From Octopus sinensis (Eukaryota): 64,000 nt of DNA. Each line of letters opens with the position of its first letter. The stretch's first letter is position 1. Shown here piece by piece: positions 41,029 to 54,890 of the stretch. The notes beneath the pieces are model-generated. The model did no database searches. It was not told the DNA's origin and saw only the letters and a program-made list of their open reading frames with translations. The DNA lies in the NCBI RefSeq assembly GCF_006345805.1, contig NW_021833255.1:13718-77717 (forward strand). Direction: 5' to 3'. The translations under genes and the position numbers were made by a program.

Positions 41029-41193
41029 CACTTATCAGGAGGGGAAAAATCTGTATAAATATTTTTATTCCGTGTTATCGCAATATATTCGGTGTGATCG
41101 CAATTTGATAAAGCACCGAAAGAGGTATCTGTATTTATAGGGGTATTTATACAAGTTGAATATTTATACAGATTTTTCCTTTCCTGAAGTGTG
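41029..41193. mobile_element. MITE with ~35-bp imperfect TIRs and TA flanks
   Basis: TA-CACTTATCAGGAGGGGAAAAATCTGTATAAATATT ... AATATTTATACAGATTTTTCCTTTCCTGAAGTGTG-TA. Confidence 0.7.
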
Positions 41194-41381
41194 TAGAAAT
41201 TTTTTTGGGGTAGACCCTGTATACAGTGGCTGTGTGGTAAGAAGCTTGCTTACCAACCACATCGTTCCGGCTTCAGTCCCACTGCGTGGCACCTTGGGCA
41301 AGTGTCTTCTACTGTAGCCTCGGGCCGACCAAAGCCTTGTGAGTGGATTTGGTGGACGGAAACTGAAAGAAGCCCGTCGTG

Positions 41382-41576
<195 letters not shown>

Positions 41577-41593
41577 GTCTCTCTGTCTCTCTG

Positions 41594-41628
<35 letters not shown>

Positions 41629-44600
41629 CTATTTATATATATACATATATATATATACACACATATATATATATACATATGTATGCATGCATATATATAT
41701 GAATCTGTTTGTGTGTGTGTCTGTGTTTTGTTTGTTCCTCGCACTCGCTTGACAACCGATGCTGGTGTGTTTACGTCCCCGTAACTTAGCGGTTCGCCAA
41801 AAGAGACCGACCGAATAAGTCCTTCGGTCGATTTGTTCGACTAAAGGCGGTGCTCCAGCATGGCCGCAGTCAAATGAACGAAACCAGTAAAAGAATGCAA
41901 GGGTAATATATATCTATTTATGTGTTTGTTTGTGTGTGTGTGCGTTTGCGTAAGGTTTTACAGGGTTAAGTATGCGTTTCATTTATGTTTCAGTGAATGA
42001 ATATGTCAGTGTACGTGTGAGACTGTATGTATATGAGTGTATAAAACTGTGTATATACAATACTACGTATACAAAATTTTGTGCCGGTGGTGAATAACAA
42101 AACGTACTTACAGCGTTACAATAGAATACTTGTCCCTGCGGAATGCCTGCGTTCCGTGATTCCATTGGATGAATTATACACATCCACATTTGTACAAGTG
42201 TATACATTTAGTGATTAAGTTGTTTTTTTCTTAATACGTTATCTCCAGAGGATAATCCCATTTGTGCTGGCTACGAGATTTAAATGATCAACGCTACTGG
42301 AGGTCATTCAGATCTTTCTCAAAATGGTCGTTCAGTTACTTCTCTCTCAAAATGTCGTAAGCGGTTGTTTTCTCGGTAGATTTGTTTAAATATAAAGTAA
42401 ATGAATTATCAATTACTTTGTGTGAAAAAAGTGACATTTTATTTCACATTCTTAAACCTTTCTAAGTATCGTATTCTCGACATTCATCTGGCGACTGGCC
42501 ATCGGAATTGCGACTGTTAAATCTGCGTGCTCCAGATTCAGCTGTCTCTAACATTTCTCATATTACGAAGGGAAGATCTTTTCGTGTTATTTTATATTAT
42601 TCACTTTTGAAGTTTCATTTGTTGTATTTTCGTTTGTTGTCTATTTTGTGACATTGTCTTTCATAAATAGAATATAAAGTGCTTTGTACTTTCGATGAGT
42701 CAATTACAATGGTTTTGTTGGTTACTCATAGGCCATCGTATTTATGTATGGTTCGCTTTTATTTTAATATCAGTGTGTACTAAGGCGGCGAGCTGGCAGA
42801 CACGTTAGCACGTCAGCCGGAATGCTTAGCAGTATTTCGGCTGCCATTACGTTCTGAGTTCGAATTCCACCGAGGTTGACTTTGCTTTTCATCCTTTCGG
42901 GGTCGATAAATTAAGTACCAGTTACGCACTGGGGTCGATGTAATCGACTTAACCCGTTTGTCTGTCCTTGTTTGTTCCCTCTGTGTTTAGCTCCTTGTGG
43001 GCAGTAAAGAAATAGGTATTTCATCTGGCGTTACGTTCTGAGTTCAAATTCCGCCGACGAGTACCAGTTAGGCACTGGGGTCAATGTAATCGACTTAATC
43101 CCTTTGTCTTTCCTTGTTTGTCTCCTCTATGTTTAGCCCCTTGTGGGCAATAAAGAAATAAGAAACGTTAGCACGCCAGGCGAAATGTTTAGCGCTATTT
43201 CGTCTGTCTCTACGTCCTGAGTTCAAATTCCATGGAGGTCGACTTTGCCTGTCATTCTTTCGGGGTCGATAAATTAAGTACCATTTGCGTATTGTGGTCA
43301 ATGTTGGAAACTCCACAAGCTGTAAAATTCAGAATAGGAATGACTTTTAGGCGCAGAAGTGGCTGTGGGCTAAGTAACTTGCTTATCAACCACATGGTTC
43401 CAGGTTCATTCCCACTGCGTGGCACCTTAGGCAAGTGTCTTCTACTATAGCCTCGGGCCGACAAAAAAACTTGTGAGTGGATTTGGTAGACGGAAACTGA
43501 AAGAAGCCCGTCGTATGTATGTATATGTGTATGTGTGTGTGTGTAGATGCTCGATTAAAGGCGGTGCTCCAGCATGGCCGCAGTCAAATGACTGAAACAA
43601 GTAAAAGAGTAAATGAGTAAAATAAATAACAACAACAATATCAAGAACAATAACAGTATTATGTAATGTTTCCTTTTATTATTACAATTTGGATCTTTTC
43701 AAGCATGCAACAAAAATATTTGATATAATGGCGCTGGAAAGAGAAACAAAACAGACTTAAATTGTTGCTGATTCAGTAAAATACCTATCATTTTGAAGAG
43801 AGAGGATAATGTGTACGATAGAATTTGGCACATTATTTGATCGATACCGAAAGGAAGCAAGGCAATTCTGAATTCAGAGCATAAATCGTAGTCAAAAATT
43901 ACGCAGACAGATTTTAGCGAATCTTTAAAGGATTCTACGCCTTCTCCTCACTTTTATATATGAGACCCAATTTCCATTTATAATTCTAATAAAACGCAAA
44001 AAAGCACAGGGCCATTCTGGAGTAGTTTTACCATGACTAACTGGAGATGGTAAAATTATTAATTAGATTAAACACGCTGTAAATGATTAATTACACAATA
44101 AGGCAACATAATTAAAACATATACAATTATTTAAACTATTTACCATACAGATAGAGTAACATACGCACACAAACAAACATATAGGTGGGAACCTACCAGA
44201 TCGTTTGGACCGGAATATTCCACAAATTTAATCCTCACGACGCCATAAAACTGTTACGTATGCTTACATGTTACCTTATGTTACCGTATCTGCTCATCGA
44301 CGTATATAACTCCACACACGAGCAGGAATTAGCATTCGCATCTTCGCACGCACAAAAGTTACAGCATTAACATCGCCTGACGCATTCCAAATATATTTTA
44401 CACAGAGACGCCATTACGAATAAATACAGAAAAGGTATACAAACATCCACAGCCATACATACACGCACACATATACCTAAGAGCACGCGACTACGCTAGA
44501 TTTCAGTGCGTTGAAGGCGCGCTAAAATGCAGAACAATCACCTAGGGGTTCTGAGCTCAATCCGAGGCAAGTTACTAAGGTGAATCACAAGGCAGCAAAA

Positions 44601-44920
44601 GTCTGGAGAATACAACAGTCGAAACATAGTGAAAGCAGCAACCAAGATGCGAACACCATTCCCAATTAGGCATAATATACAAATTCCTCATCTCAGAAAT
44701 ATAGGAACCCCATGTACGAGGGGATCGGGAAAAGCTCCTGCCTTTAAGGGTATCACGAAAGGAGTGGTTCTAGGACCAAACTTCCAGGTTCTTTTAACAG
44801 GGTTTAGAAAAACTGAAGTACCGCTGCGATACTTGTGATTCAGTATATATATATGTATATGTACATACATACATACATACATACATACATACATACATAC
44901 ATACATACATAATATATATA

Positions 44921-45030
<110 letters not shown>

Positions 45031-45083
45031 ATTGGTGAGTTGAAGAAATGGAGCTGAACGCAGATTGAACAGAAATCGTTTTA

Positions 45084-45176
45084 TTTCATTCTACACGTGT
45101 TTCGAAAGGCACAAATTACCAAAATCCGATTGAATAATGGGACCATATTGTGTCTTTCTCTTCAGGAAGAAAAAAG
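45084..45176 (-). ncRNA. Hammerhead (CACGTG family), left arm of fold-back
   Basis: Reverse-strand copy of the 51700 motif with intact core and stems. Confidence 0.82.
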
Positions 45177-45370
45177 GAAATCCGTTGGAAAAACAAAAAC
45201 AGAACAGAGGCAGAGGCAAAAAACAAATCGAACTGTGCTCCTAAGAGCCCATGGCGAAACTGTTTATCAGTTAAACAGATAAACAGTTTCGCCATGGGCT
45301 CTTAGGAGCACAGTTCGATTGTTTTTTTGCTCTGCCTCTGTTCTGTTTTTGTTTTTCCAACGGATTTCCT

Positions 45371-45460
45371 TTTTTTCCCTGAAGAGAAAGACACAATATG
45401 GTCCATTATTCAATCGGATTTTTGGTAATTTGTGCCTTTCGAAACACGTGTAGAATGAAA
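45371..45460 (+). ncRNA. Hammerhead (CACGTG family), right arm of fold-back
   Basis: Intact core; the 5' strand of stem I is altered (TTCC instead of TTCTTC). Confidence 0.65.
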
Positions 45461-45670
45461 TAAAACGATTTCTGTTCAATCTGCGTTCAGCTCCATTTCT
45501 TCAACTCACCAATAATGTTTAATTTCAATTATCCGCACCAACGCACGGTTGCAACGCCAGATGGTTGTACCTCCAACCGTGCTGTTCACTGCTGTGATTT
45601 TTGCTACTAAGGTATCGGTTAAACTTTTGATTAATCTACTACAAGATTATTCATCTTTCTATTTCACATA

Positions 45671-45703
<33 letters not shown>

Positions 45704-45718
45704 ATATTATATAATATA

Positions 45719-45771
<53 letters not shown>

Positions 45772-46031
45772 TAGAAATATGTTACGAAAAGGAAATATAA
45801 AATACACGTGGAAATGTAAGGGTAAAATATGAAAAATCAACGAAAATACACATTGCAAATAGAAAAAGGCTATTTATGACAGGTAACGACAAATATATAT
45901 ATTTAGATTGACTGAGATAGTAATACGAGTCATAAAAGTCATTATTATGAGATGATTATAAGATGATAATAAAGTAAGACAACATAACGGACCATGGTTA
46001 ACGCAAAGCTATTCATCGTTTGAACAACAAC

Positions 46032-46082
<51 letters not shown>

Positions 46083-46099
46083 CTGCATATATGTGTACA

Positions 46100-48430
46100 T
46101 ATATATCTATATCTATCTATCTATCTATCTAGCTATCTGTCTATCAATCGCCACAACAAATTATTTTTTCTCCCCTTGTTTCTTTCTGTGTTCCTTTCTG
46201 TAGTAGAGCGTAGAGATTATAAAATTGAAGCAAAACCAGTCAATATATATATATACACATATATGTATGTGTGTGTGTGTAGCAAACAAATGCTAAGCAA
46301 TTTTATTTGATTGTGTGTCGCTATGATTAACGGAAGGTCCAGACTCTTCTGACCTTGCCCAATCTTGTATTTCTCCTCTTGCAAATATTGTATACAAGAT
46401 TGCACCAGATAAACATATGGCAGCCAACAATGCAAACACAATCTGCCATTCTTCTTTAGTGCCGTTTGGGGTCAAGGCTTTCGTAGATAAGGGACAAATG
46501 CTGCTGGCTATTGTTCCAAAAGTGTTTGCAATTCCATATACAATACCTGCATATTTTGGAGCAATATCTTTGTTGTTCACGTAAACACCACCACAGACAA
46601 AAGACATTGTTACACCACAGAGAAATAACAGAAAACTTATTAGAACGGTTTGATCACATCTGAGGAAAGTTACGGCAATTAATAAACATCCAGGTAGAAT
46701 CAGAGAAAAGTCTTGGAACAAAACACGGACACAACGAGTTGACGCATATTTCTTGGAAAGTACAAAATCTGCCAGATTCCCACATAATGGTAGAGCAATG
46801 ACTTGTCCAATTGAATTGGCAGACGACATTAAACCGTTGGATGTGATTTCAATTTTTAGTGCTTCGTTCATATACAGAGGAAGCAATACCTGTAAAGATG
46901 TTTGCATCCACTTGTTAGCGAACTTAGCGAAGTTAATTGCCCAAACTGCAGGTGAAGAAAATAATTTTTTCCATGGTACATTCTTAATTGCCTTTTTGTT
47001 TGTTATAGATGTATTAAGATAAGAACGTTCTTCGTCGGTGATTGTCGGGTGGTGTCCGGATTATCATAAACAAAATAACACCATACACAGCAAACGCCAG
47101 CGATAAACTACCAAATACATAAAATATGGAACCCCATCATTATCAAAGCCATAAACACAAAGGTAACCTGATACTGAATGGCCTACGAAGGTACCTAGAA
47201 ATTGACCAGCAAATGAAAACCCAATCAGTGAACCAATTTCCTGTGGCGGTCCCCAACGTCTAAATATTGAATGAATTGCTGGGTATATAGGTCCAGATAC
47301 CATACCTGTTAAAATTCTAAGAACAAGCGTAATGTAACCACTAATTCGAGATAAACTTGGGTGAAGAACAGACAGAATAGAGGCTAAGATTAGTGAACCC
47401 GCCACAACTCTTTTCCCCCCGTATTTATCAGCCAAGAAACCACCCACAATATTAGACATAATAAATCCATAAAAGTACCCGGCCAACATGTTCGATTGTA
47501 ATGTGGCACTCCATTCGAATTCTCCTTCAAAATTTTGGTTTATTGAATAATTATCTGAACCGGAACAGTGTTGGTTGTTTACAGAAATGTTAACTTCCTC
47601 AGTTGTACTATTGGGCGTTTTCAACATACAAACAAAAGCCATACTTAGATCGACTTTGAATGTTTGTATGAGTATAGAAACAATAAAACAAGCGTAACAC
47701 ACTCTCCACCGACAGGAACAATAACGCTTCGTATACTCGATAAACTTAGACATTTTTATGTTCCGACTTCTAGTTCTCACAATGTATTACTTGGAATTGA
47801 ATGTTTGTACATATATTAATCCACGATAGATGTAACATAAATATGTAAACAATCTCTAAAGAAAGACTTGTTTAAGAAAATATTACTTTGAGTGGATCAA
47901 CGTATTGGTCTGGTTTATCAGATTTGATGATGTAGATGTTTATAGGTCACAATACTTTGGTATACTTTAACGGTAAAAAACAAGGAAGTTGTTTATCAAT
48001 CATTAGAACATTAATAACCTATATACACCAGCTATGATCAAATTAGTAGTTTATTTTAATTTTCCTTTACTTAAAAATTAAAAAAAAATCACCTCTTCCA
48101 AAGGCAAATGCAAAAGTGCAGAGATGTGACAATAAGTTACTCAGAACACAGATTCGGAAATTCTGTTATAATCTGCAATGTTTGAGGCAAGAATTAATAC
48201 CAATATTTCCAGTTCCTAAGGCGACGATCTGGCAGAAAGGTTAGGACACCGGGCGAAATGCTTAGTGGTAATTCCTCTGTCTTTATGTCTTGAGTTCAAA
48301 TTCCATCAAGGTCGACTTTGCATTTCATCTTTTCGGGATCGCTAAATTAAGTACCAGTTGCGTACTGGGGTCGATCTAATCGACTGGGATTCGTGGAAAT
48401 GTGTGACCTGTACGAATATAAAGAATCAAT
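46100..48430. repeat. Segmental duplication containing copy E (partner ~59560-63370)
   Basis: Shared 3' flank, CDS, 5' flank, SINE and the word GTGGAAATGTGTGACCTGTACGAATATAAAGAATCAATATT (48393/63330), with reciprocal indels. Confidence 0.88.
46293..47753 (-). CDS. SLC17/sialin-like transporter, copy E, three 1-bp deletions (possible assembly errors)
   Basis: Near-identical to copy F. Single-base deletions at ~47137, ~47091 and ~47052 account for the 3-nt length difference. Confidence 0.8.
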
Positions 48431-48446
48431 ATTCATTTATTATATA

Positions 48447-48493
<47 letters not shown>

Positions 48494-48525
48494 ACACCAC
48501 ACACACACACACACACACACCACAT

Positions 48526-48576
<51 letters not shown>

Positions 48577-48635
48577 CATTATTGGTGAATTGAAGAAATG
48601 GAGCTGAACGCAGAGATTGAACAGAAGAAATCGTT

Positions 48636-48728
48636 TTATTTCATTCTACACGTGTTTCGAAAGGCACAAATTACCAAAATCCGATTGAATAATGGGACCA
48701 TATTGTGTCTTTCTTCAGGAAGAAAAAA
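48636..48728 (-). ncRNA. Hammerhead (CACGTG family) in inverted 5' arm, stem II damaged
   Basis: A 2-nt deletion next to CTGAAGA removes the closing G-C pair of stem II. Confidence 0.55.
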
Positions 48729-51699
48729 AGGAAATCCGTTGGAAAAACAAAAACAGAACAGAGGCGGAGCAAAAAACAAATCGAACTGTGCTCCTAAGAG
48801 CCCATGGCGAAACTGTTTATCAGTGTATGTTGAGAACCGATGGCTGAAGAATTCAACGGGTCAGGCATCGGTCAATCATGTGGGTGAGGGTGTATAGATG
48901 TTCTTTGTGTTAAACACCGAATTCAAATGAGAACTCAGCCGCTTAGCCCCAAGCAACCCAGATTTATAGTGAAGGACCATAAACCTAACTTCCACACCAA
49001 CCCAGCGCTAAGACTCATATGCCCTGCTAGATCTGATATCGGGATAATCAGTAAGTACAGTTTAGATAAATATATCCCTAGTTTAGTAAACAAGCTGAAG
49101 CTCAGCCTCTGGGCCAACTCCTCGCAGGTAGTGAAGTGGTTCTCTTCCATCCCCAATAAGAACCGTACTAGGTTCATTCAGTTTGATATCGCCAGCTTCT
49201 ACCCCTCGATTAACCCTAGTGTGCTAAATAAGGCCCTCTGGCTTGCTCACAACAAGGCTGGCCTCACCAGAGAAGAGATAGATATCATTTTAGTTGCCAG
49301 GAATCGTTTATTAAGTTTGATAATAAGTTGTGGATCCGTAAAGATACTCCCAATGAATTTGATGTGCCTATGGGTAGTTCGGATAGTGCGCGATGCGAGT
49401 CGATTTGGTGATAATAATATATATCATATATTCTCGACGAATTGTCCGACCATTCCCGGAGATCGCGGGCAGCCTGTATCGTGACGATTGTCTGTTTTAC
49501 CTGCAAAACACCACGAACAGAATAGTGCAGAAAACTAAGAGCAGGTTAGCTAGGTTTTTAATAGAATGGGCATGAGTATAGTGTTTTTGATAATGAACTC
49601 ACCAAGGCTAATTTCCTAGACGTTACACTTAACCTTAATAGCGACTCATACTGCCCTTACCATAAGCCTTCCACTAATTTGAAGTATGTCAGTGTCTTCT
49701 CAAATCATGCCAAAACCGTAACAGACAATTTGGTTAAAAACATCTCTCTAAGATTGTCTGGCTTGTCCGCCAGTGCCGATATTTTTATGCAGAAAGCGGA
49801 ATTTTATAACGCCGCACTATCCAAGGCCGGTTATAGGCAGAAGGTAATTTATATTGATCCGGCCCTTCCGATGCCATCATTCGGTCATCAGGATAGGGCC
49901 GTATATATAACATTAACATTTTAAGTAAGGACGGGAGCGCGGCGGATGCCGGGGTAGTCGCTCCCGCATTTAATTTAGCGAACAAGGATAATTATCGGTC
50001 CGGGAGGTCTTACACTAACCCAAGACCCGTTATTCATCCGAGAATCACCCACCCGAATGCGAGAGCTGGCGTCCCGACCCATCACACTGATAGGAATAAG
50101 CATATATGGTTTGTAATCCCCTTTGGTAAGCAGATTAGAACTAACCTCCCCCTCATGTTTAGACAAGCCATCGCCAATACTTCCCCAGAAATTCCAAATA
50201 TTACTCCATGGTTAACTCACATAAAGTTAGGATAGCTTTCTCCAACACAAAAACCTCGCCCAGATAATCGCCTCCCATAATAATAGGCTACTTACTAAGA
50301 CCCTATCACCTTTTTCCGGAGGCACAGCCTCTTCCGCTCCCGGTTTAATGCTCAGTAGGAATAATTATAGTAGTAATAATGATATGAGAGCAGTCAGTAC
50401 AGTGACACATAATCTCAGCTCCAGCTAGGGAGTACCCACTAGGGGTATAGTTATAAATAGGGGTGTTGTGGTTGACGGTAACAATGGGAGTAGGGTAGAG
50501 AGCCCCATTAGCATCCCCAGCATCATTTCCCGCAATAGCAGTACCACGGGCAGTAGCAATGACAGCACTCTGATAGATAGTGGAGAATCAGGGGTTATTC
50601 CTATAGTTAATAGTGACGTGGTGGAGAAAATAGAGTAGTAAGCGGCTGCAGGTCTCGGAACGAATATAGTGACAGGAACGCAGTTCTAATTTCAGAAACT
50701 AATCCTAGCAGATTAAGATTCACGTCGGCGAACTCCAAGATCAAAAACGCCGTCTACCAATGCAAGGTTTACACGGACTCAGATGCTTCACTTATGTAGG
50801 GGCATCATCCTCAAGATTGTCTTTGCGTGTCTCCAACCATTACGCAACTTTTCGGGACGTGAACAAGCGCCAGACCACGGACTCAGTAAGCTAATATGGC
50901 GACTGAAGGATGCGAACTTAAGCTATAGGCTGGAATGGTCAATTTTGTCGGTGGCCCTCCCATTTGATAGGGGCAGAAGACAGTGCAACCTTTGTGTCTC
51001 CGAACTCTTCCATATTTGTTTGCCAGAGGCCGGATGGTAAACGGGCTCTTACAGTCGGCTTTTCGATGCCCCCATTGGCGGCGTTACACTTATCTGGCTT
51101 TTAAATAGCGTTGATAACTAATACCGGTACCCATAGCCCTTGGTAACAAATTCTGAAATAGCCTTTAAGATATCTACGATTAACCACTGCAAGGGGAATT
51201 ACTCCTGTAAGACAAAACGGGCTTGGTTGTTTTTTCACAGCGGGGGGTTTCCTTGACAAGGCAGGCTTAGATGAACACACACACACATAAAACATAATAT
51301 ATATATATTTTTTTCTTCTGCCACCCAACGGTTATCACGGCAGTAGCCACTGACAGCCGAACGATCAAACGCACACACGTACACAAAAAATGTTTTCTAC
51401 CCCTACGCCAACACACACATATATAGAACAGTATACACACACACACGTCTCTAAGTAGATTTTTTCTCGCCCCTTATAAAACATCCAATATTCCTTAAAT
51501 AGTCAGAACTTTATTCTCGGTCACAAAGAACATCTATACACCTCACCCCATGATTGACCGATGCCTGACCCGTTGAATTCTTCAGCCACCGGTTCTCAAC
51601 ATACACTGATAAACAGTTTCGCCATGGGCTCTTAGGAGCACAGTTCGATTGTTTTTTGCTCCGCCTCTGTTCTGTTTTTGTTTTTCCAACGGGATTTCC

Positions 51700-51794
51700 T
51701 TTTTTCTTCCTGAAGAGAAAGACACATTAGGTCCCATTATTCAATCGGATTTTGGTAATTTGTGCCTTTCGAAACACGTGTAGAATGAAAAAAA
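51700..51794 (+). ncRNA. Minimal type I hammerhead ribozyme (stem III CACGTG) in PLE 3' pLTR
   Basis: TTC-CTGAAGA-GAAAG..CTTTC-GAAA-CACGTG-TA-GAA, predicted cut after 51782. Confidence 0.85.
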
Positions 51795-52015
51795 CGATTT
51801 CTGTTCAATCTGCGTTCAGCTCCATTTCTTCAATTCACCAATAATGTTTTAATTTCAATTATCCGCACCAAAGCACGGTTGCAACGCCAGATGGTTGTAC
51901 CTCCAACCGTGCTGTTTACTGCTGTGATTTTTGCTACTAAGGTATCGGTTAATTAAACTTTTGATTAATCTACTACAAGATTATTCATCTTCTATTTCAC
52001 ATAATATAATATATA

Positions 52016-52056
<41 letters not shown>

Positions 52057-52150
52057 GCGGACTGTGTTTTAAAATATTGGTTGCCAGGAAACTAGAAGAC
52101 TGCTTGAAGTTAGCCAGAGTAGATATAGACTCACATGTAGTTAATAGTGA

Positions 52151-52330
52151 AGATGGTTAGAGGAAATTGGTATAAACCCCAGTTTAGTACAGCTCCAGGA
52201 ATCAGTGTTATTAGGCACAGCTAGGATACTTAAGGAGGCTCTTGGTATCTAAGATTATCTTATGTAGCCTGATGTTGGAATTTTTTCTTTTGCAACAGTC
52301 TAATTTGTTAAGTTTATATGATGATGATGA
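52151..52330 (+). mobile_element. Dong/R4-like LINE 3' fragment with (TAA)n tail
   Basis: WLEEIGINPSLVQLQESVLLGTARILKEALGI* followed by (TAA)n. Confidence 0.7.
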
Positions 52331-52346
52331 TGATAATAATAAAAAA

Positions 52347-52440
<94 letters not shown>

Positions 52441-52442
<2 letters not shown>

Positions 52443-52858
52443 AAAGACAAGGAAGTTGCTAACTAGATATGGGTCACTTCCACCCCAAAAGTGACGCAGA
52501 CAGACTGTATGTACCAAGAAAAAGAGGGGAAGAGGACTTATTGGAATCGAACACAGCATTAGGCAGAAGAAAAGAAAAAGCATAGTATGTAAAAAATGCC
52601 ACAGAACCGTCTTGTGTAGGATAGAAGATTGCGAAGATAAAGCACTATACAAGAAATTGAAAACGAATGAAACTGAAAATAGGTGGGCGAAGAAAAGAAT
52701 ACATGGTCAATTATATAGGATGTTGAAGATAAGACAGACAGGGAAAAAAGATGGCTGTGGATGACTAAAAGTGATTCAAAACCGGAAACGGAGGCTCTAA
52801 CCTGTGCTGCCCAAGTGCAAGCACTAAGAACAAACTACATAAAATACAGAATAGACAA
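52441..52858 (+). mobile_element. Dong/R4-like LINE internal fragment
   Basis: Across frameshifts: HPKSDADRLYVPRKRG/GRGL, then HGQ..WLW..KPETEAL.CAAQVQALRTN..K.RID. Confidence 0.75.
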
Positions 52859-53245
52859 CGGTGAGGGCTGTTAAGCGAAGGAGATGTGAAGTGCTGAACG
52901 CTGGGAAAACGAGCTTTTAGAAGAGATAGATAAAAGCTCGTCTTGTCATTAGGAAGGTAGTGGAAGAAAGAGAGAATGGCCGTTAGTCACGTGTGATCAA
53001 CGAGAGAGTCAAGGAGGAAGAGTGAGAGAGAGGGAACGATGAAGGGGAGAGGAGAAGAATAAGGAAAGGGTGGGAGAGAAAAACAGAAAGGAAGAAGAAA
53101 AAGAGAGGGAGATAGACAGAAAAGAGATAGAATAAGAGTACACATCGTAATTATTAAGATAAAACTTACTTGGAAAAGGATGCGCCGTGTTCGATCATAT
53201 AATAATATAAATAATACATAAATATATGCATATATATGTACAAGT

Positions 53246-53550
53246 GGAGGCGCAATGGCCTAGTGGTTAGGGCAGCGGACTCGCGGTCGTAGGATCGCGG
53301 TTTCGATTCCCAGACCGGGCTTTGTGAGTGTTTATTGAGCGAAAACACCTTAAAGCTCCACGAGGCTCCGGCAGGGGGTGGTGATCCCTGCTGTACTCTT
53401 TCACCACTCTTTCTCTCACTCTTTCTTCTGTTGGCCTGCTCGCTTAGCCAGCGGGGTGGCGTCATTCGAAGGCTATAAAAATGCGAACCAATTGTGACCA
53501 GCGATGTGTAACTACATCTGATGGACTGGTCGGTCACGTGATCACGTGAT
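53246..53550 (+). mobile_element. tRNA-derived SINE family 3
   Basis: A-box TGGCCTAGTGG and B-box-like GGTTTCGATTCC. A related minus-strand copy lies at 12461-12750. Confidence 0.75.
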
Positions 53551-53810
53551 ATATATGTACATATATGTACATACCTAGTGGAAGAAAGCAAGCATAGGCC
53601 AAACCTATATAGACGATTGAATTCGCAACCCATAGTTTCTATCTCTAAGGAAGTATTTTTGTAATACGCATAGTAAAATTTTGGAGGGAAGATTTGCGGA
53701 TTCAATCGTCTATATAGGTTTGGCTTATGCTTGCTTCCTTCCATTATTTCGATGACGCCTCATCGAGAAGTGGAGGTACGTAGCATTTGATAAATCTATT
53801 TTAGTGGAGG

Positions 53811-53872
53811 TTTACGCTGATGAAAGACATGGAATTTATATTATATTCCTAGTGTGGAAACGCGTTCGTAAA
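53811..53872 (+). ncRNA. Hammerhead-like motif (stem III CGCG)
   Basis: TTTACG-CTGATGA..GGAAT/ATTCC..GAAA-CGCG-TT-CGTAAA: 6-bp stem I, imperfect base of stem II, GUU triplet. Confidence 0.55.
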
Positions 53873-54318
53873 TAACCATTAGACTTTGCTTTCGTTATTT
53901 CTTCCTTCTGTTTTGCATTTGTGAATTACAGGGATATGTCGTATGTGGAGTCCCACTTGTAGAAAATTGAAATAAACAGTCTTTGACTGCTATTTCTAAT
54001 TTTTCGATATGTGGCTAAGCAACCTTTTGCCTGCCTCTTTTATTTATATACAAATACATACATACATACATACATACATACATACATACATACATACATA
54101 CATACATACATACATACATACATACATAATATATACATACATACATACATATATGTATCTGTAAAATAATATGTCACAATTATTCAGACAAATTTTACAG
54201 ATAAATTCGTCTATTTAAATAATATTGATGTCTTTTTCTTTCTTTTGTTATCTTACCGTTTTCAACAATATATATATATGTACTTATGTCTCTCTCTCTC
54301 TAAATATACGTACTAATG

Positions 54319-54420
<102 letters not shown>

Positions 54421-54710
54421 GTATGTATGTATAAGTTTTTAATTTAATTTAATCCTATTTGTAAATTTTTATATTTTTTCCTTTATTTAAATATATTTTA
54501 CAGTACTCTCTTTACTCTTTTACTTGTTTCAGTCATTTGACTGCGGCCATGCTGGAGCACCACCTTTCAGTATTGAACTTGTTTTATAGATATTGATCTG
54601 CACTTGTCCTTTTCACTTCTATATTGTCCCAGGATGCTGTTTACGAGATGTACTTTTCCACCACTCTTCCATAGGATTCATTTTGATGCGGTTTCATCTT
54701 TGCAATGTGA

Positions 54711-54773
<63 letters not shown>

Positions 54774-54839
54774 TACGTACATATATGTTGTATGTATGCA
54801 CATATTTTTATTTATCACATTATATATATAATATATATA

Positions 54840-54890
<51 letters not shown>

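Larger units (their letters stand above)
48575..52005 (+). mobile_element. 5'-truncated Penelope-like element with inverted partial pLTR at its 5' end
   Basis: RT motifs (KDHKPNF..RLICP, QFDIASFYPSI, LYRDD, NFLDV, SNH) and GIY-YIG region (VYQCKV..YVG, CNLCVSE). Arms 48575-48909 and 51522-51848 are inverted copies. (TA)n on both sides. Confidence 0.9.

Noticed and set aside
53246-53320. tRNA gene
   Set aside because: It has A/B boxes but continues into a SINE body, and no full cloverleaf was found.
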